Source: an uncultured Candidatus Saccharibacteria bacterium
GTDB taxonomy: Bacteria > Patescibacteriota > Minisyncoccia > Phycocordibacterales > CAZPGN01
Assembly (NCBI GenBank): GCA_964586635.1
Contig: CAZPGN010000002.1
Coordinates: forward strand, 17,368 to 81,367
Length of the DNA: 64,000 nt
Direction: 5' to 3'
Shown one piece after another: positions 1 through 9,426 of this stretch. Position numbers and translations under genes: made by a program. The notes under the pieces were generated by a model. That model did not search any database, was not told where the DNA came from, and saw nothing but the letters and a program-made list of their open reading frames with translations. The number at the start of each line of letters is the position of its first letter. Position 1 is the stretch's first letter.

Positions 1-1
1 C

Positions 2-1303
2 GCCGCGGAGGGCGTCACGCTCGTTATTACCGTGGACAACGGTATTACCGATGTCGCCGAAGTGGCGCTCGCCGAAAGTCTTGGCATAAATGTCATACTG
101 ACCGATCATCACTTGCCCGGTCCTGAGTTGCCGCCCGCGTTTGCGATTCTCAATTCTAAGCAAGAGAAGGACGCATATCCATATCCCATGCTCTGCGGCG
201 CGGGGGTTGCCTTCAAGCTGGTGCAGGCGCTCCTCAAAACAGGGCGATTTGATGTTCCCGCGGGATGGGAAAAGTGGCTTCTCGACGCAGTCGGTATTTC
301 AACGGTCGCCGACATGGTTCCCCTCGACGGAGAGAACCGCGCGCTTGCCTATTTCGGCCTCAAAGTCCTCCGCCAAACTCGCCGCCCCGGACTCTTGCAA
401 CTTTTCAGAAAAATTCGTCTCTCGCCCGACACGCTTTCGGAAGAGAACATCGGCTTTGATATCGGCCCGCGAATCAATGCGGCAAGTCGCCTCGGCGAGC
501 CGAAAAACGGGTTTCGATTACTTGCGACTCGAGATGTCGTCGAGGCGGGAGCGCTTGCTGATTATCTCGAAGAAAAAAACGCCTTGCGAAAAACACTGGT
601 GAAAGACATCATTGCGGAAGCGATTGCTGATATGAATGCGGATGACCCGATCATAGTCGTTGGCCGCCCGTCGTGGCTTCCGGGGATTGCCGGCCTTGTG
701 GCAAGTCGGCTTGCGGAGGAATTTGGAAGGTCTGCGTTCGTGTGGGGCGCCGAAGGCGCCCCACACGGAAAAGGCTCATGCCGTTCGGACGGAACAGTCA
801 ACATGGTGTCGTTCATGCAATCAGCGGAGGCTGGCACATTTCTTGATTTTGGAGGCCATGAAGCATCGGGCGGCTTTTCCATATCGGACGCGGAGGCGCC
901 GCTTCTTCGCGAGCGTCTGTTGAGGGCGTATGAGCGCGTTGATAAAAAGGGAACAAAGAATAGCGGCATCGAGCCGGATTGCGATTTGTCGATCGACGAG
1001 GTGAATGAAAAGATTTATGCGCTCGTATCGCGGTTGGCGCCGTTTGGTGTCGGCAATCCGCGCCCACTCTTTCGCTTTCCGGAGCTTCGCGTTTTGCGCG
1101 CCGAGGTATTCGGCAAGGCGGGGAATCACACAAAACTCGTTTTTCAGAAGTCCAATGGTCAGCGTGTTTCCGCAATTCGTTTTTTCTCGCCGCCCACCGT
1201 ACGCGCAGGCGATACGATAAAACTCCTAGCGCACCTTGAAAAAAGTTTCTTCGGTAAAACTCCCGAGTTGCGTCTTCGAATCAGCTCATTTTCCGAGGTT
1301 TAG
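2..1303 (+). CDS. recJ: ssDNA-specific exonuclease RecJ (5'-truncated by window edge)
   Basis: Motifs ITVDNG, LTDHH, LCGAGVAFKL, TVADMVPL, PRINAASR, GGH; the frame is open from base 2. Confidence 0.95.
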   Translation, partial: AAEGVTLVITVDNGITDVAEVALAESLGINVILTDHHLPGPELPPAFAILNSKQEKDAYPYPMLCGAGVAFKLVQALLKTGRFDVPAGWEKWLLDAVGISTVADMVPLDGENRALAYFGLKVLRQTRRPGLLQLFRKIRLSPDTLSEENIGFDIGPRINAASRLGEPKNGFRLLATRDVVEAGALADYLEEKNALRKTLVKDIIAEAIADMNADDPIIVVGRPSWLPGIAGLVASRLAEEFGRSAFVWGAEGAPHGKGSCRSDGTVNMVSFMQSAEAGTFLDFGGHEASGGFSISDAEAPLLRERLLRAYERVDKKGTKNSGIEPDCDLSIDEVNEKIYALVSRLAPFGVGNPRPLFRFPELRVLRAEVFGKAGNHTKLVFQKSNGQRVSAIRFFSPPTVRAGDTIKLLAHLEKSFFGKTPELRLRISSFSEV

Positions 1304-1311
1304 TCTCGGAA
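1291..1311. repeat. REP-like palindrome TTCCGAGGTTTAGTCTCGGAA containing the recJ stop codon
   Basis: Stem TTCCGAG/CTCGGAA; core resembles palindromes at 5202 and 45256. Confidence 0.5.
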
Positions 1312-1353
1312 GGGAAGTTTGACTACGACAGTTCTCTTGTTTAGAGTAAGGCT

Positions 1354-1572
1354 ATGATAACGCTTACTATTGAAAAGAGCGCAAGTCTCAAAAAGGTCCG
1401 CTTCAAAGATATTGATGAATTGCGCAACTATCTTGGTATAGAGAGAGACCACCGATTGTTTGATGTTGAATTTAAACCACTCGATAGAGCGGGGACAACT
1501 AAGGAGATGCGGCACAAAGCAAGCCAAGCAAAACGGATTCCTTTGTCAACGTTACGGCACCTCTCCAAATGA
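1354..1572 (+). CDS. Small hypothetical protein, putative type II antitoxin
   Basis: 72 aa, AT-rich, ATGA overlap with the downstream RelE-like ORF. Confidence 0.55.
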   Translation: MITLTIEKSASLKKVRFKDIDELRNYLGIERDHRLFDVEFKPLDRAGTTKEMRHKASQAKRIPLSTLRHLSK

Positions 1573-2273
1573 TCACCGAGGTGTTGGAGTATCCCGAGGT
1601 AGAGCGTTACCTGAACGAACGAGGTTTATTAGAAAAGTATAAAAAATCATGCGCGAAGTTGTTGCGAGGCGAATGGATGACAGTTGGTTTAAAAAAACGG
1701 AAGCCGCGGAAAGACAGTATCTGGTCTTTTCGCATAGACAAAAAGTATCGAGCCCTTGGCGTTTTCCGGAAAAATATTTTTGTTGTTTTTGAGATAGATG
1801 ACCATCAGCAGGTATCGATAGTTCAAGATAATATGGAAAAACTTATCATTCATACCGACGGAGGCGCGCGCGGCAATCCTGGTCCGGCCGGCATTGGCGT
1901 GCATATAGCGGACGAGCACGGAAAGACGCTGAAAGAAGCCGCTTTGTTCCTTGGTGTGCAAACGAACAATTATGCCGAATATATGGCAGTCATTGAAGCC
2001 CTTGCGGCGGCGAAAAAATTGGTGCCGAAAGAGAAACGGAGCCGAACGCATATTGATATGCGAATGGACAGCGAGTTGGTGGCGCGGCAGTTGAATGGGA
2101 AGTATCAGATAAAAGAGCCCTCACTTTTTCCGCTTTTTATTAAAGTCTGGAATATTCGCGTTGCAGATTTCCCGAATATCTCATTCACGCATGTTCCGCG
2201 AGAAAAAAACAAGGACGCCGACCGTCTTTCAAACGAGGCCATGGATGCGGGAGCAAAGTCGAAGTTGTTTTGA
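1569..2273 (+). CDS. rnhA: RelE/ParE-like toxin domain (aa ~1-80) in frame with ribonuclease HI (internal ATG at 1833)
   Basis: N-terminal LKKRKP..IWSFRIDKKYRALG..VFEIDDHQ is RelE-fold-like; C-terminal HTDGGARGNPGPAGIG, TNNYAEY, MDSELV, HVPREKNKDADRL is RNase HI. Confidence 0.85.
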   Translation: MITEVLEYPEVERYLNERGLLEKYKKSCAKLLRGEWMTVGLKKRKPRKDSIWSFRIDKKYRALGVFRKNIFVVFEIDDHQQVSIVQDNMEKLIIHTDGGARGNPGPAGIGVHIADEHGKTLKEAALFLGVQTNNYAEYMAVIEALAAAKKLVPKEKRSRTHIDMRMDSELVARQLNGKYQIKEPSLFPLFIKVWNIRVADFPNISFTHVPREKNKDADRLSNEAMDAGAKSKLF

Positions 2274-2299
2274 TTTCCTCGTGTCAGGACGAGATATCT

Positions 2300-2815
2300 T
2301 CAGAGATACAGAATGGCCGCAATGGATATGCCAACAATGCACAATTGAGAAATGATCGCCGTTTTAATGTATCCAAGCTCCCGCAGGCGCACGTCAGTAT
2401 GAATAAATTTGTGGAACGCCTGCAAATGCGTCATCGGCGGTTTTTTCCAAAAATAATATAATGGCTGAAGCAAATCGGGCAGAATGCCGCCAACGACGAC
2501 AGTGGTAAATGGTAGGAGATAGGCGAGGGTAGGAGCGCCGTTTGTAAGAAAATAGAGAAGGGCGCTTCCGATGGAAATATCGAGAGTGATCTTTATCAAA
2601 TCGGGAGCGACTGTTTTGCTGGAAATGTTGACGACCCGCTTCATCGGATCGCGTTCTGAATCGTTCACGGAGGCAAGTATGTAATCGCCGTGGGGCACGG
2701 CGTCGATGAGATAGTGGCTTAGGAGGGAGACGGTGAAAACGACGGGAAGCGGCGCGGCCACGAAGAGTGGCCGCGCCGCCGCGCCAGCGATGAGGATATG
2801 GGTGGCAAGCGTCAT
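2300..2815 (-). CDS. Membrane protein, possible metal-dependent hydrolase-like
   Basis: Hydrophobic segments with TH, SHYLIDAVPH, LPD and FHKFIH motifs. Confidence 0.65.
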   Translation of the reverse strand: MTLATHILIAGAAARPLFVAAPLPVVFTVSLLSHYLIDAVPHGDYILASVNDSERDPMKRVVNISSKTVAPDLIKITLDISIGSALLYFLTNGAPTLAYLLPFTTVVVGGILPDLLQPLYYFWKKPPMTHLQAFHKFIHTDVRLRELGYIKTAIISQLCIVGISIAAILYL

Positions 2816-2830
2816 GTACGAGTAACTATA

Positions 2831-2912
2831 CTAGAGCATGTTTCAAAACCTACCACAACTGACCGAAGATATTAGCGTCAGTTGTTGCGGTAGGTTTTGA
2901 AACATGCCATAG
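2831..2912. mobile_element. ~80-bp MITE-like long inverted repeat
   Basis: GCATGTTTCAAAACCTACC-ACAACTGAC / GTCAGTTGT-tgc-GGTAGGTTTTGAAACATGC, with TAG at both ends. Confidence 0.5.
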
Positions 2913-2921
2913 AATCAGCAA

Positions 2922-4352
2922 ATGCGTCGCAATGTGTACATAGTCGCTGCTGGGTTCATTGTGGGAACCGTCCTGTATTCATTCGCGCGACTTGGCGCTT
3001 CGCTGGGGGCGTTCAGTATTGTCTCTGCAATTCTTATCGCATTGTTTCAGGCGAAGACCCGCGCCGACCACTCTCCCGCGCGAGTCGCCGCAATCCTCTT
3101 TTGCATTGGCTTCGCGCTTGGGACGCTACGATATGCGGCATGGGAGCATGGGCCCTCGATGGCAGGACTCGATGGGCGCATTGGCTCTATGATATCTACG
3201 GCGGCGATTGTGGTGGACGAACCTGACGCGCGCGAAGACGGTGTTCGTTTTGTGGCAGAGTTTGAGGATGCGCGCGCTATTGTTTTTGCGCGTAGATATC
3301 CGGAAGTCCGCTACGGCGATCGCATACGGTTGAAGGGGTTATTAGACCGGCCCGAAAATTTCAGCGCTGATTTTGATTGGGTATCATATCTTGCGAAAGA
3401 CGGAATCACATTCCAATTCTTCCGTCCGTCCATCGAAATCATTTCGCACGATGCTGGGTCGGCCGCCTTACGGGCGCTTTTTCGACTGAAGGCGGCGTTT
3501 CTGCGTTCGCTCGGTCGTTCTCTGCCGGAACCAGCAAGCGCGCTTGCTGGCGGACTCATCGTCGGTGGCACGAACACGCTCGGAACTACGCTCACCGAAG
3601 ATTTTCGTCGAGTAGGTCTTTCGCACATTGTCGTTCTGTCTGGTTTCAATGTCACCATAATCGCCGATGCAATCATACGAGTTTTTGCATTTCTGCCGCG
3701 AGTGGCAGGAATTTCGTTTGCCGCGATAGGTATCGCGGCATTTGCGCTGATGACTGGCGCGACAGCGACTGTCGTGCGCGCGTCCGTCATGGCCCTGATA
3801 GCGTTGCTTGCGCGCGCAACAGGACGAGTGTACCTCGCCACCGCGGCTTTATGCGCGGCGGGTCTCGCGATGGTGCTATATAATCCGAACGTTCTCGTAT
3901 TTGATACTTCCTTCCAGCTCTCATTTCTTGCGACACTCGGCCTTATATATCTCTCCCAGATCGTAGAACGCCGACTTTTCTTTTTTCCCGAGCGGTTTGG
4001 TTTGCGTTCAGTCGCATCCGCAACCATCGGAGCATATATGGCCGTAACACCGCTCCTTCTCTATAGGATCGGTGATTTATCGATCGTTGCTTTGCCCGTG
4101 AATATGCTCGTGTTACCAATAATTCCAATGACGATGTTATTTAGTTTTCTAACGGGCGTTGCAAGCGCGGCAAGCGCCGCACTTGCAACGCCCTTTGCAT
4201 ATGTCGCCTACATCCTGCTTGCATATGAACTCTGGGTTGTGCGTTTGTTTTCAGCGCTCTCATTCGCGTCTGTCGAAGTTTCACTCCCGCTCTTTGCGAT
4301 GTGCGTCGTGTATACTGTGCTTATCATATGGGTAGTGAGAAATCGCGTATAA
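2922..4352 (+). CDS. comEC: ComEC/Rec2 competence membrane domain protein
   Basis: GLSHIVVLSGFNV, VVRASVMA, SFQLSFLAT motifs; many TM helices. Confidence 0.93.
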   Translation: MRRNVYIVAAGFIVGTVLYSFARLGASLGAFSIVSAILIALFQAKTRADHSPARVAAILFCIGFALGTLRYAAWEHGPSMAGLDGRIGSMISTAAIVVDEPDAREDGVRFVAEFEDARAIVFARRYPEVRYGDRIRLKGLLDRPENFSADFDWVSYLAKDGITFQFFRPSIEIISHDAGSAALRALFRLKAAFLRSLGRSLPEPASALAGGLIVGGTNTLGTTLTEDFRRVGLSHIVVLSGFNVTIIADAIIRVFAFLPRVAGISFAAIGIAAFALMTGATATVVRASVMALIALLARATGRVYLATAALCAAGLAMVLYNPNVLVFDTSFQLSFLATLGLIYLSQIVERRLFFFPERFGLRSVASATIGAYMAVTPLLLYRIGDLSIVALPVNMLVLPIIPMTMLFSFLTGVASAASAALATPFAYVAYILLAYELWVVRLFSALSFASVEVSLPLFAMCVVYTVLIIWVVRNRV

Positions 4353-5200
4353 ATTGGGCAAAGTGCGCGGCGCTTTTGTTCCTTCTGCTGGTTGGCGTAT
4401 TTGTATGGATGGTCGCCCTGCGCGAAGCGCGTGGCGACACTCTGACCGTTTCGTTTCTCGATGTCGGACAGGGCGATGCGGCATTCATTGAAACTCCGCA
4501 TGGCAATCAGATGCTCATCGATCTTGGCCCGGGCACACGCGTTCTTTCAGCGCTCGGCGATATAATGCCGTTTTATGACCGTTCGATCGATATGATTCTG
4601 TTGACACATCCCGATGCTGACCATGTCGGCGGGTTACCCGAAGCGCTCGAGCGCTATGAGGCGAGCGCGATAGTGCTGTCCCGTGTTGACGCGGAGACTA
4701 CCATTTGGCAGGAAAGTAAACAGGCAATATCGCGCGAGGGCGCAGAGATTATTCTCATAGACCACCCCATCCGCATCACCCTCGATGAGGGAGTTATATT
4801 TGAAATTATTTTCCCCGACCGAGACGCATTGGGTTTTGAGACGAACACCGCATCCATTGTTGGGAGATTGGTGTATGGAGAAATATCATTTTTGTTCACC
4901 GGTGATTCTCCGCGTGAGATTGAAGACTTTCTCATTGCCAAATGGGGAAGCTCGCTTAAGAGCGACGTACTGAAAGTCGGACATCACGGCTCGAAGACTT
5001 CTTCAGGAGGCCGTTTTCTGTCGTCTGTTCGACCAGATGCGGCGATCGTTTCCGTTGGCAAAGATAATCGCTACGGTCATCCGCACGAAGAAGTGCTCGC
5101 CGCGTTAGCGGCGCAGAAAATAGAAATACTAAGAACTGATTCGAGCGGTACTGTTACATTTCAAACCGATGGCCGCTCTCTCTCGCGAGTTAAAAATTAA
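4328..5200 (+). CDS. ComEC-type metallo-beta-lactamase domain protein (separate ORF)
   Basis: FLDVGQGDA, THPDADHVGG, LFTGD, KVGHHGS, NRYGHPH; N-terminal TM; start ATG 4328 inferred. Confidence 0.9.
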   Translation: MGSEKSRINWAKCAALLFLLLVGVFVWMVALREARGDTLTVSFLDVGQGDAAFIETPHGNQMLIDLGPGTRVLSALGDIMPFYDRSIDMILLTHPDADHVGGLPEALERYEASAIVLSRVDAETTIWQESKQAISREGAEIILIDHPIRITLDEGVIFEIIFPDRDALGFETNTASIVGRLVYGEISFLFTGDSPREIEDFLIAKWGSSLKSDVLKVGHHGSKTSSGGRFLSSVRPDAAIVSVGKDNRYGHPHEEVLAALAAQKIEILRTDSSGTVTFQTDGRSLSRVKN

Positions 5201-5201
5201 C

Positions 5202-5216
5202 CGAGGCTCAACCTCG
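5202..5216. repeat. REP-like palindrome CGAGGCTCAACCTCG containing the rpmB stop codon
   Basis: CGAGG/CCTCG arms between convergent genes. Confidence 0.45.
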
Positions 5217-5414
5217 ATAATTGGTGCGTAGATAGTCGCCTTTCTTGATACAGCGCGTACAGATTTTTCTGCGTGAGCCGTTCGCAAAAGTCGCCCACTG
5301 GAGATTGGGCTGGCGCCGACGCTTGCCGGTCGGGTTGAACTTTGTTGCGCGGACGCGATTTGAGTAACCGCCGCCCATCAAACTTCCTTTATCGCAGAGC
5401 GGGCATGATTTCAT
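5208..5414 (-). CDS. rpmB: 50S ribosomal protein L28
   Basis: CPLC..KRRRQPNLQ..KICTRCIK. Confidence 0.9.
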   Translation of the reverse strand: MKSCPLCDKGSLMGGGYSNRVRATKFNPTGKRRRQPNLQWATFANGSRRKICTRCIKKGDYLRTNYRG

Positions 5415-5457
5415 GATTCATTAGATAGTCTCCATATGTTATCATGACAACACGAAT

Positions 5458-6060
5458 ATGCAAGGACTCGAATTGATTTTTGGCATCACTGTGCTCGTAT
5501 TTTCGGTAGTTGTTCATGAAGTAAGTCATGGGTATGCCGCCGATTCATTGGGAGATCCGACTGCGCGATATGCCGGACGGCTTACACTGAATCCGCTTGC
5601 CCACCTTGATCTTTTCGGTTCGTTTCTCTTGCCGCTTCTCTTTTTCATGACGACTGGGTTCGTGTTCGGATACGCCAATCCTGTTCCATACAATCCGTAT
5701 AATTTGCGGCACGGGAAATGGGGCGCCGCGCTCGTTGCGGCGGCTGGCCCGCTTTCCAATTTTTTTCTCGCAATAATATTTGGAACAGTTCTGCGCGTTT
5801 CTGGGAGCGGCACCTCGTTTGCCGAAATACTTTCACTCATCGTTTTGATAAACATCGTGCTCGGCGTATTCAATCTAATGCCTGTACCGCCGCTCGATGG
5901 TTCGAAGGTGTTCTTTGCGCTAATGCCATTCCGATATAATTATATCGAGCAATTTATGACGAGGTATCAGTTATTCCTGCTGTTTTTCGCCATCATTGTT
6001 TTCTGGCGACCGATTGCGCTCGTCATCGTCCCTGGCATATTTCGTCTAATTGTCGGATAA
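5458..6060 (+). CDS. Site-2 protease, M50 family
   Basis: HEVSH, GRLTLNPLAHLD, AAGPLSN, FNLMPVPPLDG. Confidence 0.93.
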   Translation: MQGLELIFGITVLVFSVVVHEVSHGYAADSLGDPTARYAGRLTLNPLAHLDLFGSFLLPLLFFMTTGFVFGYANPVPYNPYNLRHGKWGAALVAAAGPLSNFFLAIIFGTVLRVSGSGTSFAEILSLIVLINIVLGVFNLMPVPPLDGSKVFFALMPFRYNYIEQFMTRYQLFLLFFAIIVFWRPIALVIVPGIFRLIVG

Positions 6061-6068
6061 ACATCGCC

Positions 6069-7712
6069 ATGACGCAAGAACGGGCGCTTTCAATACTGAA
6101 AACCGGAGCGAACGCATTTCTGACAGGCGAACCGGGCGCAGGGAAGACTTATTGCGTTAATGAATATATCAAACACCTTGCGCGGCGCGGCGTAATTACA
6201 GCAGTTACCGCCTCCACCGGCATCGCGGCGACCCACCTTGGAGGAATGACGATTCATTCTTGGAGCGGCATTGGCATTCGCAAGCGTCTTACGGCTCGTG
6301 ATCTCGACAAGATATCCACTACAGAGCATGTGGTGCGTAGAGTGCGAAGGCCGAGCGTCTTGGTTATCGATGAGATATCAATGCTTTCCGCGGAAACGCT
6401 TACCATGATTGACTCGGTGTGCCGCGAGATACGCAAAACGGCGCTGCCGTTCGGCGGCCTGCAGACGATTTTTGTCGGTGATTTTTTTCAATTACCGCCG
6501 ATAGGAGAGGCCGACAACGGGAGACAGCCCCATTTTGCTTACGAGTCGCTCTCGTGGGAGCGCGCCCGCCCGATCGCTTGCTATCTCTCGGAACAGTATC
6601 GCCAAGATGATGCCGCATTTCTTGGAGTGCTCGCGGCCATTCGGCGTGGGGAAACGGAGGAGGAGTGTTACGCTCCGCTTGCGGAGCGCCGTACTCGTAT
6701 AGATCTCGTGCCTGACAATATCCCGAAGCTCTATACCCACAATACCGACGTTGATCGCGTGAATAACAATATGCTTGGGAAGATCGCGCGGCGGGCAAAA
6801 ATATTTTCGATGAACGGAAGCGGCGCGCCGGCTTTAGTCGAAGCGCTCAAGAAGGGATGTCTTTCTCCAGAGACGCTTGAATTGAAAGAAGGCGCGGAGG
6901 TGATGTGTACGAAGAATAATCAAAAGGAAGGATTCGTGAACGGTACGCTCGGTATCGTTTCAGGTTTTGCGAAAGGGACGGGCTATCCTCTCATTCGCAC
7001 TCGCAGGGGCAGGGTAATCGAAATTTCGCCCGCAGAATGGACAATTGAAGATGGCGGAACGGTAAAGGCCCGCATCGCGCAAATACCCTTGCGCCTGGCG
7101 TGGGCAATCACCGTGCACAAGAGCCAGGGCATGAGTCTGGATGGCGCCGCAATAGATCTCTCGGGAACTTTTGAATACGGTCAGGGATATGTCGCTCTCT
7201 CCCGCGTCCGCCGTCTGGAGGGACTTTTTCTGCTTGGGTGGAACGAGCGCGCCCTGCTCGTGCATCCTGAAATACGCAAGCGCGACGATGTATTTCGTGC
7301 TGGTTCAGATGAGGCTGATGCGGCATTCGCGCGCATGGCGCATGACGAGCTCGTGCGACTTCATGAGAATTTCATTTCTGCTTCGGGGGGCGCCGCGCGA
7401 AAAGAACGGCGCGATACGCTTGACGAGACTCTCGAATTGTGGAATGAGGGAAACGGGATTGATGATATCGCGGCGCGGCGCAAGTTAGTCCAAGCGACAA
7501 TATATAACCACATCGAGAAACTGCTCCGCGGTGGAAGGATACAAAAGGACGCCGCGCGGCGCATCCTTTCTGTGGAACTTGCAAAAGCCCTGCCTACGAT
7601 CCATGCCGCGTTTCGTTCCTGCGGCGCGGAGAAACTCTCGCCTGTTTTTGAAAAGCTCCGCGGCGCGCATTCCTACGATGACTTGCGTATCGCCAGAATG
7701 TTTCTAGAATGA
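6069..7712 (+). CDS. PIF1-family SF1B DNA helicase with C-terminal HTH region
   Basis: GEPGAGKT, IDEISM, FGGLQ..GDFFQLPP, QIPLRLAWAITVHKSQGMSL, YVALSR. Confidence 0.92.
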   Translation: MTQERALSILKTGANAFLTGEPGAGKTYCVNEYIKHLARRGVITAVTASTGIAATHLGGMTIHSWSGIGIRKRLTARDLDKISTTEHVVRRVRRPSVLVIDEISMLSAETLTMIDSVCREIRKTALPFGGLQTIFVGDFFQLPPIGEADNGRQPHFAYESLSWERARPIACYLSEQYRQDDAAFLGVLAAIRRGETEEECYAPLAERRTRIDLVPDNIPKLYTHNTDVDRVNNNMLGKIARRAKIFSMNGSGAPALVEALKKGCLSPETLELKEGAEVMCTKNNQKEGFVNGTLGIVSGFAKGTGYPLIRTRRGRVIEISPAEWTIEDGGTVKARIAQIPLRLAWAITVHKSQGMSLDGAAIDLSGTFEYGQGYVALSRVRRLEGLFLLGWNERALLVHPEIRKRDDVFRAGSDEADAAFARMAHDELVRLHENFISASGGAARKERRDTLDETLELWNEGNGIDDIAARRKLVQATIYNHIEKLLRGGRIQKDAARRILSVELAKALPTIHAAFRSCGAEKLSPVFEKLRGAHSYDDLRIARMFLE

Positions 7713-7747
7713 AGATAATCAGATAGTATGTATAGACAGCATCGCTT

Positions 7748-8929
7748 ATGAACTATTTTCTCGCCTCGATGGAAGAAAATCCGAAATTGAAGGGAAAAAA
7801 GGAAGTTGAAGATCCGACCGTCTCCATCGAGAGACGAGAGGGAGCTTTCGATTTCCACGCCGAGAGCGTAGCAAGCGAAGACCACCCGCAACGAAACGAG
7901 GACGCGAATCTTGTTATGCCTCTCTATCGTGCGTTCGGCGTGTTCGATGGGGTCGGAGGCGGGAATGCTGGAGCAGTTGCCTCTGACGAAGCTAATCAGA
8001 CAGTCCAGCGCGCTATACGGGCGTTCCCAGAAAATCTACCTATAGATGAAATCGCGCGCCGCTTGCCTCTCGCCCTCCGAGAGGCGGACGCTCGACTTAA
8101 GTCGATGGTGAAGGAGGACCCCGCAGAGTATCGTGGCATGGCGACAACGGCGACAGTTGGCATTGTGCATATAGAACGCGGTGCGGGGCAAACGCTCGTG
8201 ACTGCGCACATCGGCGATTCTCGCATGTATGTTTGGAGAAAGGCGGCGCGGCATCTCGCACAGGTAACCATAGACGATGGCAAGATTTCTCATGTTGTGA
8301 CAGACAGGGACGAGGCGCACGAAATACAGGAACGACTCGATTCGGTCACGGACCTTTCGACATTGAGCAAGTTAGAGCGTTCGCTTTTTGATAGACGAAA
8401 TGTAGTAACAAAAGCTCTCGGAAGTGCGGCGCCTGCCGATCCGCAGGTATACATCACACGGCTTTCTGTCGGAGATCGTGTGTTCGCGGCGACTGATGGT
8501 ATTTTTGATAACCTAACTAAGGATGAGATTGCCCGAGCCGTTGAAGGGGCGGATACGTTTGAGGGGGCGATCGAATCTCTGCTCTATGCGGCAAGGGAAC
8601 GCAGTCGCGACACCACCCATCCGCGAGCCAAACCGGACGATATGACCATAACTGGCTTCGAGGCAGGACATGAACCGGAACGGCCGTTATCGCTCCCGGG
8701 TGATATCGCTGGCGCGATCGCAAGCGCGGAGGACTTTGACGACCTGTATCGGATATTCCGTGAAGAGGGAGGAGTGCAAGGCGCGAGGCCAGAACCGTAT
8801 TCGGAAGATGAATTGCGCGGCATTATCGAGCGCGTTCGAAGAAACCCGACTCTCATAAATACCGTTACGCGCGCGCATGGCCTGCGCAACAAAGTAGCCG
8901 CTCTCATTGCCGCGCGCATGCGACAGTAA
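7748..8929 (+). CDS. PP2C-family Ser/Thr phosphatase with extra C-terminal domain
   Basis: NED, VFDGVGG, MATT, HIGDSR, TDGI, DDMT. Confidence 0.9.
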   Translation: MNYFLASMEENPKLKGKKEVEDPTVSIERREGAFDFHAESVASEDHPQRNEDANLVMPLYRAFGVFDGVGGGNAGAVASDEANQTVQRAIRAFPENLPIDEIARRLPLALREADARLKSMVKEDPAEYRGMATTATVGIVHIERGAGQTLVTAHIGDSRMYVWRKAARHLAQVTIDDGKISHVVTDRDEAHEIQERLDSVTDLSTLSKLERSLFDRRNVVTKALGSAAPADPQVYITRLSVGDRVFAATDGIFDNLTKDEIARAVEGADTFEGAIESLLYAARERSRDTTHPRAKPDDMTITGFEAGHEPERPLSLPGDIAGAIASAEDFDDLYRIFREEGGVQGARPEPYSEDELRGIIERVRRNPTLINTVTRAHGLRNKVAALIAARMRQ

Positions 8930-8942
8930 CGCATACATGTGC

Positions 8943-8971
8943 TTGCAATATGCAGGGCTTCATACTAGAAT
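8943..8971 (+). promoter_or_regulatory. sigma70-type promoter of the str operon
   Basis: TTGCAA-17-TAGAAT. Confidence 0.6.
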
Positions 8972-9010
8972 GCCTTGCGACGCTCTAACGGGGTGTCTTT
9001 TGTTTCACTA

Positions 9011-9424
9011 ATGCCCACATTCAATCAACTCGTCCGCCGTCCGCGGACAAAAGCGGTGCGGAAGTCGAGCACGGTTGCGCTCGGACGCGGTTTTAATACG
9101 ATCAAGAATAAGATCATGCGCTATCCCGCGCCCTTTAAGCGCGGCGTATGTCTTGTTGTGAAGACGACAACCCCGAAGAAGCCGAACTCCGCCTTGCGCA
9201 AGATTGCTCGTGTGCGGCTCACGAATGGAATGGAGGTCACGGCGTATATTCCAGGAGAAGGACACAATTTGCAGGAACACTCGGTAGTAGTGCTCCGCGG
9301 CGGCAAGGTGAAAGATTTGCCGGGCGTTCGATACCATATCGTGCGCGGAGTGCTCGATACCGAAGGTGTCGGCAAACGCATGCAGGCGCGTAGCAAATAC
9401 GGCAATAAGAAGCAGAAGAAATAA
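9011..9424 (+). CDS. rpsL: 30S ribosomal protein S12
   Basis: [30 protein letters not shown]; start reassigned to ATG 9011. Confidence 0.98.
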   Translation: MPTFNQLVRRPRTKAVRKSSTVALGRGFNTIKNKIMRYPAPFKRGVCLVVKTTTPKKPNSALRKIARVRLTNGMEVTAYIPGEGHNLQEHSVVVLRGGKVKDLPGVRYHIVRGVLDTEGVGKRMQARSKYGNKKQKK

Positions 9425-9426
9425 CT

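Noticed and set aside
9298-9325. S12 GGKVKD instead of GGRVKD as a streptomycin-resistance sign
   Set aside because: Conservative change; the two key lysines are intact, so no phenotype can be inferred.
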